Program-made: the position numbers and the translations under genes | Shown: positions 14,485 through 25,032 of the stretch, piece after piece | How positions within the stretch are numbered: position 1 is the first letter of the stretch | Layout: every line of letters starts with the position of its first letter | Origin: Piromyces finnis finn | Lineage: Eukaryota; Fungi; Neocallimastigomycota | Length of the DNA stretch: 64,000 nt | Assembly: GCA_002104945.1 (NCBI GenBank) | Contig: MCFH01000038.1 | Span: 475,434 to 539,433 of the forward strand | Reading direction: 5' to 3' | The notes under the pieces: model-generated | Told to the model about the DNA's origin: nothing | Seen by the model: the letters and a program-made list of their open reading frames with translations, nothing else | Database searches by the model: none

Positions 14485-15230
14485 CTATATGGTTTATATT
14501 TCCTTAAGAAGCGTGGTTACAGAAAGATTTTAATTCCACTCCTTATGAAGAGTGATGTTATGACCAAGACAGCTCAATTATCTGATATTGATGAAGAATT
14601 ATACATGGTTTCTAAAGTTAATGATAATCCAGAACCAAAATGTTAGTGAACAACCAATGAGTACTTTCTATAGAGGTGAATGGTTCAGTGAACCAGAAAA
14701 GTAATTATTAGCCAGAGATGCTAGTTATTCAATTTGTTTCAAAAAGAAAGCTGGTGCTCACTGCAAAAAATACTTAGGGTCTTTTCCAGCATTAACTAAT
14801 TCGAAAAGATTGAGCAATCCATTTTTTGTCAATCAGAAAAGAGCTGGGAAGAATTAGAACAATTAATTAGTACTACTGAAGATTTCTACCAATCTCTTAA
14901 ACTTCCATATCACGTTATTGCCATTGTTTCTGATGTCATAAACAATGCTGCTACTAAGAAACACGATCTTTAAGCTTATTTTCCATTCCAACCTGAATAC
15001 AAGGAATTAGATAGTTGTCGTAACTATACTGATTACCAATCTAGAAACTTAGGTAACATGTTTGGTGTTAAGAAGATGAACTCCCATGTTAAGAACTACG
15101 TTTACTTATTAAACGGTACTCTTTGTGCTAACGGACGTACTTTTTTGCTGTACTCTCGAAAACTATCAAACCGAAAATGTTTTAATTGTTCCAGAACTAT
15201 TAAGACCATATATAGATGTTGTTAAATTTA
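14485..15230 (+). pseudogene. SES1: Intronless degraded fragment of cytosolic seryl-tRNA synthetase inside the LTR element
   Basis: Translates, with stops and frameshifts, to KTAQLSDIDEELY, SEQPMS..RGEWFSEPEK, FEKIEQ, FYQSLKLPY, NNAATKKHDL, FPFQPEYKEL, TDYQSRNL, ENYQTE..IVPELLRPY, colinear with the eukaryotic SerRS catalytic domain. Confidence 0.92.
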
Positions 15231-17140
15231 TTTGTCAAAGAACTCACTTCTGACAAGAAAATAGTTAAAATATAATTTAGGAAGATATAAAGTTTATTAT
15301 ATAGCATGAAGATTATTCAACTTGATATTGATCTACTCATTATGTCAATTTGCATACAATAACATTAAATATCCATATATCCAGTTATTAAAATATCCAT
15401 TCACAAATATTCATGAACACATAATTACATATATTTACCAATATTTCATCTTATTTTCAAAAGAACTAGTTTTATTAACATTCATAAAATAGCATTATTG
15501 TTATTGAAAGCATACATATTTATTTCAAGTAAATAAATTGTTTGTGAAATATTCAAATACTTTAACTACTACTATTTTAATGAGAAAATATTCTTTCCGC
15601 CATAGAGGAAAGATAGAACATAAAGAAAATACATAAAATTTATACAATTAGAAATATGAATTAGAATAATTAAACATTATTTGATAAGTTTGTATAAAAT
15701 ACCCTATTGTAATGAAATTATGCAATGAACATTGAAACTATCCTTGTGAAAATGTCAATCAATTTCTTTATGATAATTTCACTCAAATCAGTATTATATA
15801 ATTTAATCCAGTATACTATTCTTTGAATTAAATCATTATAACAATACTTTAAGATAATATTTAGCCTCAAAAGCATTATTTAAATTATTGCTACCTATAA
15901 AGCAAATATATTACTGGTCAAATGCTCATCCCGTAGGCTGTTATTGCTAATATACATAGCAAATATTTCAAATGAGGTAATTTATTAAAGTTAGAAATGC
16001 TTAGCGTGAAATGAGCATATTCTACATATATATATACTTTGAATAACCTAGCGTGAAATGGGTATATTCAATAATATTTTAACAACTTATCATGATTTAA
16101 CTTAGCGTGAAATGAGTTATATTCATAGATAATTATTAATGATGGTTTTAGACCTATATATATTTAATTTGGTCCCATCAATAACAATGTAGTACCTTCA
16201 TAGTAAGGGCTCCTTAGATTTAGATGACATTGATTTATCATATTTATTTATTACCAACATTCAAGAATGTTGTGACGCCGTTTTAAAATATAATTTACGG
16301 TGATTTAGTAACCTCATATATAAATCGCCACTTTCAACGTAGTGAGTGATCGCCGACCAATTAGCTGACATTCTAATTAACCGAGCCGACTTCGATATAA
16401 TTTAGAAGAACTTTATTCTCTTCAACAATCGATATTTTAAATGTCATTATCTTACAATATTAACTTGTTATAATTTTACTGGTATATCTACTTATTTTAC
16501 ATTAAAATATATTATCATGAAAATATTATTTCACTATATTTTAAAGGATAAGCAATTGAGAAAAATGAATGAAAACATTAGAATATGTTATTTATTATTT
16601 ATATAGGTATTAATACTTATCGTATATGTTATGGAAAATTATTCATTATTATGAAAATTTGATGCAAAATGAATGAAATTTTATGAAATTTAAATTTCTC
16701 TTTTTCAAATCTAAGTATTTATTACTAAACATCTAGATTTGAGGGGGAAGTAGTGAATATACGAAATTTAAAATTCAAGATAATAATTTTTGTTTCTAGT
16801 TAAACATTGGAAATAACTAAAACATTGCATAGAAACTAAGGCTTAATAAATAGAATGAATTGAAATTCAAATTGTAAAAATTTATAAGATTCAATATGTA
16901 AAAATGAAAAGAACAAAATTTCAAATACAAAGTAAAATATTCTTAAATATTATAAGAATAATTAATCAATACAAAAGGCATAAAAGGAAGGAAAAACACC
17001 TAAAAGAAAATGTTAAAATTCAATATACATAAACTAAATAACTATTAAGAATTAAATTAAAATTTTACCATTATTAATTAGTATTTACAAATAGATTGAA
17101 ATACAATTATGCTAATATTCTAAAGAAAATTGTAATTATA

Positions 17141-17431
17141 AGGACATAAAACCAGAGAGTTATCCATAGGTTGTCCGAAGAACGTAAAACCAAGAAGATT
17201 AACCATAGGTTGTTAAGAGAACGTAAAACCAAAAAGAGTTATCCATATGTGTTGTCATTAGGACGTAAAATCAAAGGTTAACCATGAGTTGTTAAGAAAA
17301 CGTAAAACCAAAGAGGTAAACCATGCGTTGTCATAAGGACGTAAAATCAAAGAGATAAACCATGTGTTGTCTATAATTCTGTGTAAATCTCAGAGAGATT
17401 ACCAATATAGTTTATAGGATAATGTAAAACC
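17141..17431. repeat. Degenerate tandem array, 7 units of 37-42 bp plus a partial unit
   Basis: Units start at about 17147, 17185, 17224, 17266, 17303, 17342, 17384 and 17425; core CGTAAAAYCAA..GAG.TAACCAT..GTTGT. Confidence 0.9.
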
Positions 17432-18320
17432 GGAAGGGTTTTCAATCCTTAATGGATGGTATAACAATTTATGAATATCCAATCCAAATTTTAAACTTTA
17501 ATACTACCCAATTATACAAAGGTTTTCAGTTTATCCATAAAAACGAAGTTATAGGGTAATATTTAAATTCTTTAAAGCAATTAGCGAATAATATATGTGA
17601 AATATTTTAAATTCCAATTAATGAAATATAAAAATTTTAAACATTAGATTTAGTTTATAGTTAATAGTTTAGAAATAATAAAATGCACATATTCACCAGC
17701 AAACCAAATTTTACTTAGTAGAAAATTAGGTTTGAGGGGGAATGTTAGAATATGTGAAACGTTATGTCACATGTATTCAAATGTATTGAAATGTATTAAA
17801 ACGTATTTGTATATATTGTATTTGATTATATGTTTAAGCCACAATGTAAATGTATAAATACATGTAGTTTGAGAAGAATGTAACGCAAGTAGTTCTTTAT
17901 CATAAAATATATTAATAAAGTTGACATAATTATAAACCTAAATTAAACAACTCTTAATATATACAATACAATATAAATTATTATATATTATATATTATAT
18001 ATTATATAATATATATTTTATAATGAGTAAATTATTTAATTAAATTTAAATTAATGATTTACATTAAATAAAATGTATTATAATATATTATAATATAAAT
18101 CATTTAATTAAAATATTTAAATAAAATAAAATATTATTAATTTTCAAAAATGTAACAAAATTCAAAGAAATGAAGTCTTTATTTTTTTTTATATCTAGTT
18201 TTAAAATGATTTTTATTAATAGAAATAATATATAGGTATAAGTTTTTGTTTATTGTTTTATATATTTACTCTTTTTAGAAATACAAATAATATTGCATGT
18301 TATAATAATATTTTCGGAAT

Positions 18321-19520
18321 ATGAACAATATCGAGTATTATAAGAATAAAGAAGATTCAGAGGTAATAAAGTTGCTTAAACATTACAAAATATATAATGA
18401 AGGAAATTTTAATTCTGAAAATATAAAAGAATTAATTTGCAAATTAGTAATGTATGGAGAAGCAAGAAATTTAAAAAATGTATTGAATGAATTATTTGAA
18501 AATTATAGATATGATAGAGATTTTGAAATTGATAAACAATTTAGGTTTGACAATGATTTTATAATAACTTTACTTATTTATTACAAAAATAAGATACAGT
18601 TTTCGAATAAAGAACTAAAGCTATTATTAATTAAAGAAAAAGAAAAAAAGTCTAATTCTATTGTTAATTTTTATATAGCTGATAGATATATTGATAAACT
18701 GGATTACTTTTTCGTAACACCTTTATATATTGCTTGTGTCAATAATAATGAAGAAATAGTAAAAATGTTATTTGATTATGGGGCAAATGTAAATTTCCGA
18801 AATAATATAGGTGAAACAGCTTTATTATATTTATGTCAATGTAATCTTTCTCTTGATATTATAAAATTACTAATTGATAAATACAAAGCTAAGATATATG
18901 ATGTAGATAATTATGGAAATACATTATTACACAAATTTTGTAAAAGACGTAGTGATAATGATGTAAAATTATTTAATTTTTTAATAGAAAAAGGCTTAGA
19001 TATAAATAAAGTTAATAATGAAGGAAATACTCCATTAATAGAATTGTGTAGGTATACAACAAAATATTTTTATATACCGTTATTATTGGAAAATGGTGCA
19101 GAAATTAATATACGAAATAATAAAGGTGAAACAGCATTACTTGTAGCTTGTAAATACGGCGGATATGATAGATTGGTAAAAAAATTGGTAGAGTGTGGTG
19201 CTGATGTTAATATAGCTGATAATGATGGTAATACACCATTATTAATAAGTTGTCGTGATGATAGTAAGCTTTCTATTTCAAGGTTAAAGCGATATTTTAT
19301 TGAGAATGGAGCAGATATAAATAAAGCGAATAAAAATGGAAGAATACCTTTTCATGAATTATGTGAACATGGAAATAATTGTATAATAAATTATTTCATT
19401 GATCATGGAGCAGATATAAATAAAATGGATAATGATGGTAATACTCCATTAAGTATTGCACGTAAGAATCTTAGTGAAAAAGCTAGTATTAAAAGTTTAA
19501 TTATCCATGGAGCAAAATAA
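18321..19520 (+). CDS. Ankyrin-repeat protein, intronless (399 aa)
   Basis: Repeated G.TPL/TAL...LL..GADVN units (TPLYIAC, GETALLYLC, GNTPLIELC, GETALLVAC, GNTPLLISC, GNTPLSIA). Confidence 0.92.
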   Translation: MNNIEYYKNKEDSEVIKLLKHYKIYNEGNFNSENIKELICKLVMYGEARNLKNVLNELFENYRYDRDFEIDKQFRFDNDFIITLLIYYKNKIQFSNKELKLLLIKEKEKKSNSIVNFYIADRYIDKLDYFFVTPLYIACVNNNEEIVKMLFDYGANVNFRNNIGETALLYLCQCNLSLDIIKLLIDKYKAKIYDVDNYGNTLLHKFCKRRSDNDVKLFNFLIEKGLDINKVNNEGNTPLIELCRYTTKYFYIPLLLENGAEINIRNNKGETALLVACKYGGYDRLVKKLVECGADVNIADNDGNTPLLISCRDDSKLSISRLKRYFIENGADINKANKNGRIPFHELCEHGNNCIINYFIDHGADINKMDNDGNTPLSIARKNLSEKASIKSLIIHGAK

Positions 19521-19730
19521 TATGAAAGTAAATATAATTTTTATTTGTTTGATGTTATAATTAAGGTATTTTTATTCGAATAGAGCTTATTTAAATAATT
19601 ATATATCATTAAAATTTACAATAGATATATAAATAATATATAATTTTAAAATAAAGTAAAATAAACTAATAAATATAAAATGATTATAATATTTTATTTT
19701 TATTTATATAAAATCTTTAATAAATTAAAG

Positions 19731-20735
19731 ATGAGAATAATTAAATGGTTTATTCTGATTTTAATAAGTATTACAAAAATATATTGTAGTCCTTACAATC
19801 ATTTAGATATTCAATTAGCATTATTGATTTTATCTGCTGGAGATCATGATGGAAATATAGTTAAGGATGCAAATCTTGAATTTATGAAAATTAATATTAG
19901 TAAAGATCCAAGTAATAAAGTAGAGAAAGATATAATCGATATTATTCCAAGTTTAAGAGAAATAAGAAAACATGAAAATGATATAGAAAGACAAAATCAA
20001 AGAATTGAAATCAAATTTAAAGAGTTGTATAAAAAAGCTGAAAAATTAGCTATTCATAGATTAGGATTAACTATTGAGAGCACATTATTTGATGCCTTTA
20101 GAACTGAAACTAATAATAACAATGTTAATAATAATAATGAACTGGTTAAAACGCATTTTGAAAATTTGGATGTATTTAGAAAATTGAATACTGATGGTAT
20201 TGGATTAATTAACGGTGAAAATGACATGACTACGTTATCTTTTTATAGAAAAGATAGTAATATAAACTCTAATAAAATTAAATTTAGAGATGCTATTAAA
20301 AACAATGTTCCTTTTGCACCACAATATGATAATAATCATTCCAACAGTTATATTGTTAATTATTTTAAAGATGTAGCATCACAATGTCATCAATTACAAA
20401 CTTGCAAAATTTTATTTGATAATTCTAATCCAACATACAGTTTAATCAAAGATGATTCTAATGATAATTTATATTTTATTGTTAGTCTTAATAATAATAT
20501 ACATGCGTTTCAATTAAAAAATAATAACGGTCAATATATTATGAATAGTTATGACAATGAATCATTAAACGATTTAAATGACATAATTCAAGGATATGGT
20601 AAATCTTCTGAATACACAAGTAATAGTGCTTTTATTAAAGGGGATGATATTAGTATAATTCCAGATTGTGGTATAATTCTTACTACTAGAAATATACTTC
20701 CAACATACAGTTTCAGTATACTTTTATACTTTTAA
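19731..20735 (+). CDS. Putative secreted protein of unknown function, intronless
   Basis: Long ORF in ~20% GC DNA; MRIIKWFILILISITKIYCS looks like a signal peptide, so the second ATG is preferred over 19680; hydrophobic C-terminus. No family recognised. Confidence 0.7.
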   Translation: MRIIKWFILILISITKIYCSPYNHLDIQLALLILSAGDHDGNIVKDANLEFMKINISKDPSNKVEKDIIDIIPSLREIRKHENDIERQNQRIEIKFKELYKKAEKLAIHRLGLTIESTLFDAFRTETNNNNVNNNNELVKTHFENLDVFRKLNTDGIGLINGENDMTTLSFYRKDSNINSNKIKFRDAIKNNVPFAPQYDNNHSNSYIVNYFKDVASQCHQLQTCKILFDNSNPTYSLIKDDSNDNLYFIVSLNNNIHAFQLKNNNGQYIMNSYDNESLNDLNDIIQGYGKSSEYTSNSAFIKGDDISIIPDCGIILTTRNILPTYSFSILLYF

Positions 20736-21521
20736 TTTAAAGTAATATTTATTAATACATATAATTAATTATGTATATATTTTTATATTGATACATTTAT
20801 TTCTTTTATTAAACAATGCTTTTAATTATTAATAATTTTTTGATGAACTTAAAGTTTCATTATTTAATATAATATTATATCATTGAATATATACATTATA
20901 CATGTTTTAAATTTTTTTTTTAATAATACAATTATTTTTTTAAACCGATTTAATTATTTCAATAACGATTATTTTTTTTCTTTATTATATCCATTCTATT
21001 ATTTCAATAATAAGAAATAACAAAAATAATAACAGTATAAATGAATATTATAATTTATAAATAATAGGATAGAGATTATTCAAATATAATATAATGCTTT
21101 TCTACTTATTTTTTACCATTAAAATTTTATATTGAGGCTTATTATTTAATATCAAAAAAAAAAAAACTTTTTTAAAGTTATTAAAAAAATATTAATTTAA
21201 TTAATTATTGAATGATTCTAATAATTTTTTAATTAACTAGATAAAATTTTTTTTTTTTTTTGGAAACAAATTTTATAAAAAAAAAATGTTATTTAATACA
21301 TATAAATAATATAAATTAATATAAATTAGAGACAGCAACCATCTTTTTTTTAACCAAAAAAAAAAATATAATTTTTATTTTTTCTTAATTGCTAAATAAA
21401 TAAATTGAATTAAAATTGAAAATTAAAAAAAAAAAAAAAAAGAAAAATAAAATAAAATATAAAATGAAATAAATAAAAAAAATAATAAAATAACAACAAT
21501 AAATATAAATAAATCTCAAAA

Positions 21522-23657
21522 ATGAATAATAATTTAAAATATTTTTCAATTCTAGTAGTAATTTCTTTACTATTAAATATCCCTTATACTCGAGGTGAAA
21601 AGGTTTTATCTAACAAGGATACTATTATAAATGCTAAAAAGGATCAGTATTATTTGATTTATTTTAACAATACTTATGATGAATTTAAGATATTTTCTAA
21701 TTTAAAAAATAGAAAACGTCAAGAATCGTATAATAATGTTTTATCTTTTGTTGACAAAATTCACAATTTAATTGCTGAAAATAAACACACCTATGAAAAT
21801 CCAAAAATATTAGATAAAATTGAAGAAAAATCAAAATTAAAAAAAAGGAGTAATAATAGTCAACAATTTTTCAACTATGGAAATTCAGAATTAATTTATC
21901 CAATATCCTCTGTAGGAAACAGAGTAGTATTTTATTCCTTCCTCTCATATGACTTGTACAAAAAGGTTAAAACTCTTAATAATGTTATAGAATGTACTAC
22001 AAATAAATATAGTGTATCAATAAATAGTTATTATAATAAAGAAGATATATTAAAAGAAACAAAATGGAATAAACTTTCTGTAAGAGAAAATGCTGATTTA
22101 CATTTGTCTCTAATATCACAAGGAATATACAATACAAATATAATTAATAAATATGATAATAATTATTATTATCCAAGTTCTGCAGGTAAAGATGTTGATA
22201 TAGTAATTATGGATTCAAGTTTCAATTTTGATTATTCAGAATTTGAAAATACCAATGACCGTATAGCTAAATGTGTTGCTCATATAGAGGATGGAAAACC
22301 AGTTATTGGTAAATGTGGAAGTTGTGATTATTATCATGGAGAACAAGTTGCTGATACAGCAGGTGGATTAAAACATGGAGTAGCTAATCTTGCAAATATA
22401 TATGGTATCGCTATATCATCTAATGAAAATGGTGAATATCTACAAAGTGATATATTATCAGCATTACAATTTATTTATGAAAAATTGATTCGTCCCAATA
22501 AAACAGTCGTTAACATATCATCGGGAAATTGGCAATATGAAAAAGATAATTTTTTCATCCAATATCAAGAAATAGTCGATAAAATAACAAAGAAAGGGGG
22601 TATTGTTGTTACTTCGGCTGGTAATGATAGAGAAGAAATTAATCCTGAAATAAATGATTTATATTACATTCCATGTTCATTCAACAATACAATATGTGTT
22701 GGTTCAACAATTAGTTATATGTTTCAAAATACAATAGAAGCCTATACAAAAACTGATTTTTCAAATTACGGAAAAGATGTTGATATTTTTGCACCTGGAG
22801 ATTGTAATGTTGAATATATAGGACCATTATTAGAAAAATATTGTGTTGATAATTTATATTGTGACCTTAGCTTACCATTCCCATTTCATTTTTTGAATAT
22901 TAAAAATGAAACAATTGAAATGGGTGTAAGAAATGATATTGTAGATGGAACGTCCTTTTCTGTTCCTATTGTTGCTGGTATTATTGCTACAATAATAAGT
23001 GAAAATCCAACAATTAATTATAATAAAGATACTATTTTAGACATTTTACTTAAGAATGCAATTCCATTTACATTTAAAAATAATGATTGGAAAAATGAAG
23101 ATAGCATTATGGTTAATAATGGTAAACATATTGTTTATTCTGCTGACGGAACATATAATGGATGTGGTATTAATGCAGGAAATAAACCATGTCAAAATAC
23201 TACTACTACTACATCTACTAAAGAAACATTTTCAAAAGCATTCACTACAGCCACTTCGACAAACAAAGCAACTACAAAAACAAATTCTCCAGAAAAATTT
23301 ACTACAACAAAAAAGACCACTACAACGACAACAAAGAAATCTACTACAACAAAAAAGACCACTACAACGACAACAAAGAAATCTACTACAACAAAAAAGA
23401 CCACTACAACGACAACAAAGAAATCTACTACAACAAAAAAAACCACTACAGCTACAACAAAGAAATCTATTACAACAAAAAAAACCACTACAATTACAAC
23501 AAAGAAATCTACTACAACAAAAAAGACCACTACAACGACAACAAAGAAATCTACTACAACAAAAAAAACCACTACAGCTACAACAAAGAAATCTATTACA
23601 ACAAAAAAAACCACTACAACTACAACAAAGAAATCTACTACAACAAAAAAAAAGTAA
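21522..23657 (+). CDS. Secreted S8 subtilisin-like serine protease with Thr/Lys-rich tail
   Basis: Signal peptide; catalytic D (VDIVIMDSS), H (YHGEQVA), oxyanion N (SAGND), S (DGTSFSVP). Confidence 0.92.
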   Translation: MNNNLKYFSILVVISLLLNIPYTRGEKVLSNKDTIINAKKDQYYLIYFNNTYDEFKIFSNLKNRKRQESYNNVLSFVDKIHNLIAENKHTYENPKILDKIEEKSKLKKRSNNSQQFFNYGNSELIYPISSVGNRVVFYSFLSYDLYKKVKTLNNVIECTTNKYSVSINSYYNKEDILKETKWNKLSVRENADLHLSLISQGIYNTNIINKYDNNYYYPSSAGKDVDIVIMDSSFNFDYSEFENTNDRIAKCVAHIEDGKPVIGKCGSCDYYHGEQVADTAGGLKHGVANLANIYGIAISSNENGEYLQSDILSALQFIYEKLIRPNKTVVNISSGNWQYEKDNFFIQYQEIVDKITKKGGIVVTSAGNDREEINPEINDLYYIPCSFNNTICVGSTISYMFQNTIEAYTKTDFSNYGKDVDIFAPGDCNVEYIGPLLEKYCVDNLYCDLSLPFPFHFLNIKNETIEMGVRNDIVDGTSFSVPIVAGIIATIISENPTINYNKDTILDILLKNAIPFTFKNNDWKNEDSIMVNNGKHIVYSADGTYNGCGINAGNKPCQNTTTTTSTKETFSKAFTTATSTNKATTKTNSPEKFTTTKKTTTTTTKKSTTTKKTTTTTTKKSTTTKKTTTTTTKKSTTTKKTTTATTKKSITTKKTTTITTKKSTTTKKTTTTTTKKSTTTKKTTTATTKKSITTKKTTTTTTKKSTTTKKK
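23302..23655 (+). repeat. 42-bp coding tandem repeat (STTTKKTTTTTTKK), about 8 copies
   Basis: Read directly in DNA and protein; variants with ATT/ITT substitutions recur. Confidence 0.95.
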
Positions 23658-25032
23658 CTACCATCACTAGAAGAAAAAAAAGCAAGTACAAATATGCCTT
23701 TTTTAAAAAAGGATCAACTTCTAAAAGAATATCTACATAAAAAAATAAAAATAAAAAATAACACTAGAAAAACTTTCGAAACAAAACAAGGTGTCAATAA
23801 TCAAGACATCTACCACAAAAAAATTACTATTAGGAAAAAAAAAAATAACTAGTTTTTAATAATTATTAGTTATAGAAATATTTATAAATTTTGTATAATT
23901 TTAATAGTGTATATATTATAGATAATCAGTATAATTTTTATTTCATTTAAAATAATTAAATCTAAATAAAAGAGAATTAAAATAAAATATATATATATAT
24001 ATAGTGATATAAATTATTTTTCCTACGACTACTACTACTAATAATAAATAAATAAAATTCATAATGTATAAAATTATATCATTTATCATTTTAAAGTTCA
24101 TACCTATTATGGTTATATTTCAAATTAATCTAGTAGTTATTTTTATATTAATTTTTATTTATCAACATTAATTTTGTTTTAAAATAATTCATAATAAATA
24201 ATAAATCATTTATTTTTTATGAATAATAAAAGATAAGTTTTTTTTTTTTTAAATTTATATTCAAAAAAGTTAGAATTAATTATCATTAATTGATCTTTTT
24301 TTTAAAAAAAAAATGAGTCACTTTAAAGTACACCTTTTTTTAATATTCTAATATTCTTATCATTTTTATATATAGTCATATTAATTTTGAATTTGAATAC
24401 AAAATGTTTCATATTAACTTTCGATAGAACTTTTAATATTCTAAAAATAAAAATATAAAGTTTTGTATTAAAATCAAGGATAGATGGGTTAAAAACAAAG
24501 AATACTTTTTTTTTTCTTTTTTTTTTTTTTTTTTCTCGCTCTCTTTATAAAGATGGTAATTTTAACATACCCATCCTCCTTAAATGTTATAATTCCACCA
24601 TTTTTATTTTCTAAATAATAATTAAAAAAGTTTGTTTTTTATTAAGCAAGGGTTACACTAAAATAATTTAATTAAATTTTAATATATATTAAATTAAGCT
24701 TTATTATAGAAAATAATATGATATATTATAAAATAAATGATAAGTAATTGCTAAGTATTATTCTAAATGCATCAAATTAAAAATATAAAAATAATAAAAA
24801 ATTACCCTTTTTTTTATAATATAAAATAAAAAAAAAAAAAAAAAAGTAAAAAAAGAATTATTATTTTTTATAATAAAATAATAATAATGAAGAAATAAAA
24901 AGTTTTTCAACTTCTATTTTTCCTTCCTATTAAAAAACTAAAAATAATACAAATATAAATAATTAAATATTTAATACAAAAAAAAAAAAATTAATAATTT
25001 AATATAATTTAATTTAATGTAAAATTGTGAAT

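Larger units (their letters stand above)
13348..17959 (+). mobile_element. Non-autonomous LTR retroelement; 217-bp LTRs at 13348-13564 and 17743-17959
   Basis: Direct repeats with one visible mismatch, 5-bp TSD TATAC on both sides, polypurine tract GAGGGGGAA before the 3' LTR, termini TG...TA; no intact ORF inside. Confidence 0.93.

Noticed and set aside
16000-16125. CRISPR-like repeat-spacer pattern
   Set aside because: Only three imperfect repeats, eukaryotic context, inside an LTR element, no cas genes.
16225-16400. Copia-like RNase H motif (ADQLADIL)
   Set aside because: Short match; upstream residues fit poorly and the other remnants in the element look gypsy-like.
23056-23670. Alternative-frame and antisense ORFs over the subtilase tails (also 23192-23614, 26471-26773, 26592-26837)
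   Set aside because: Shadows of stop-free Thr/Lys repeats.
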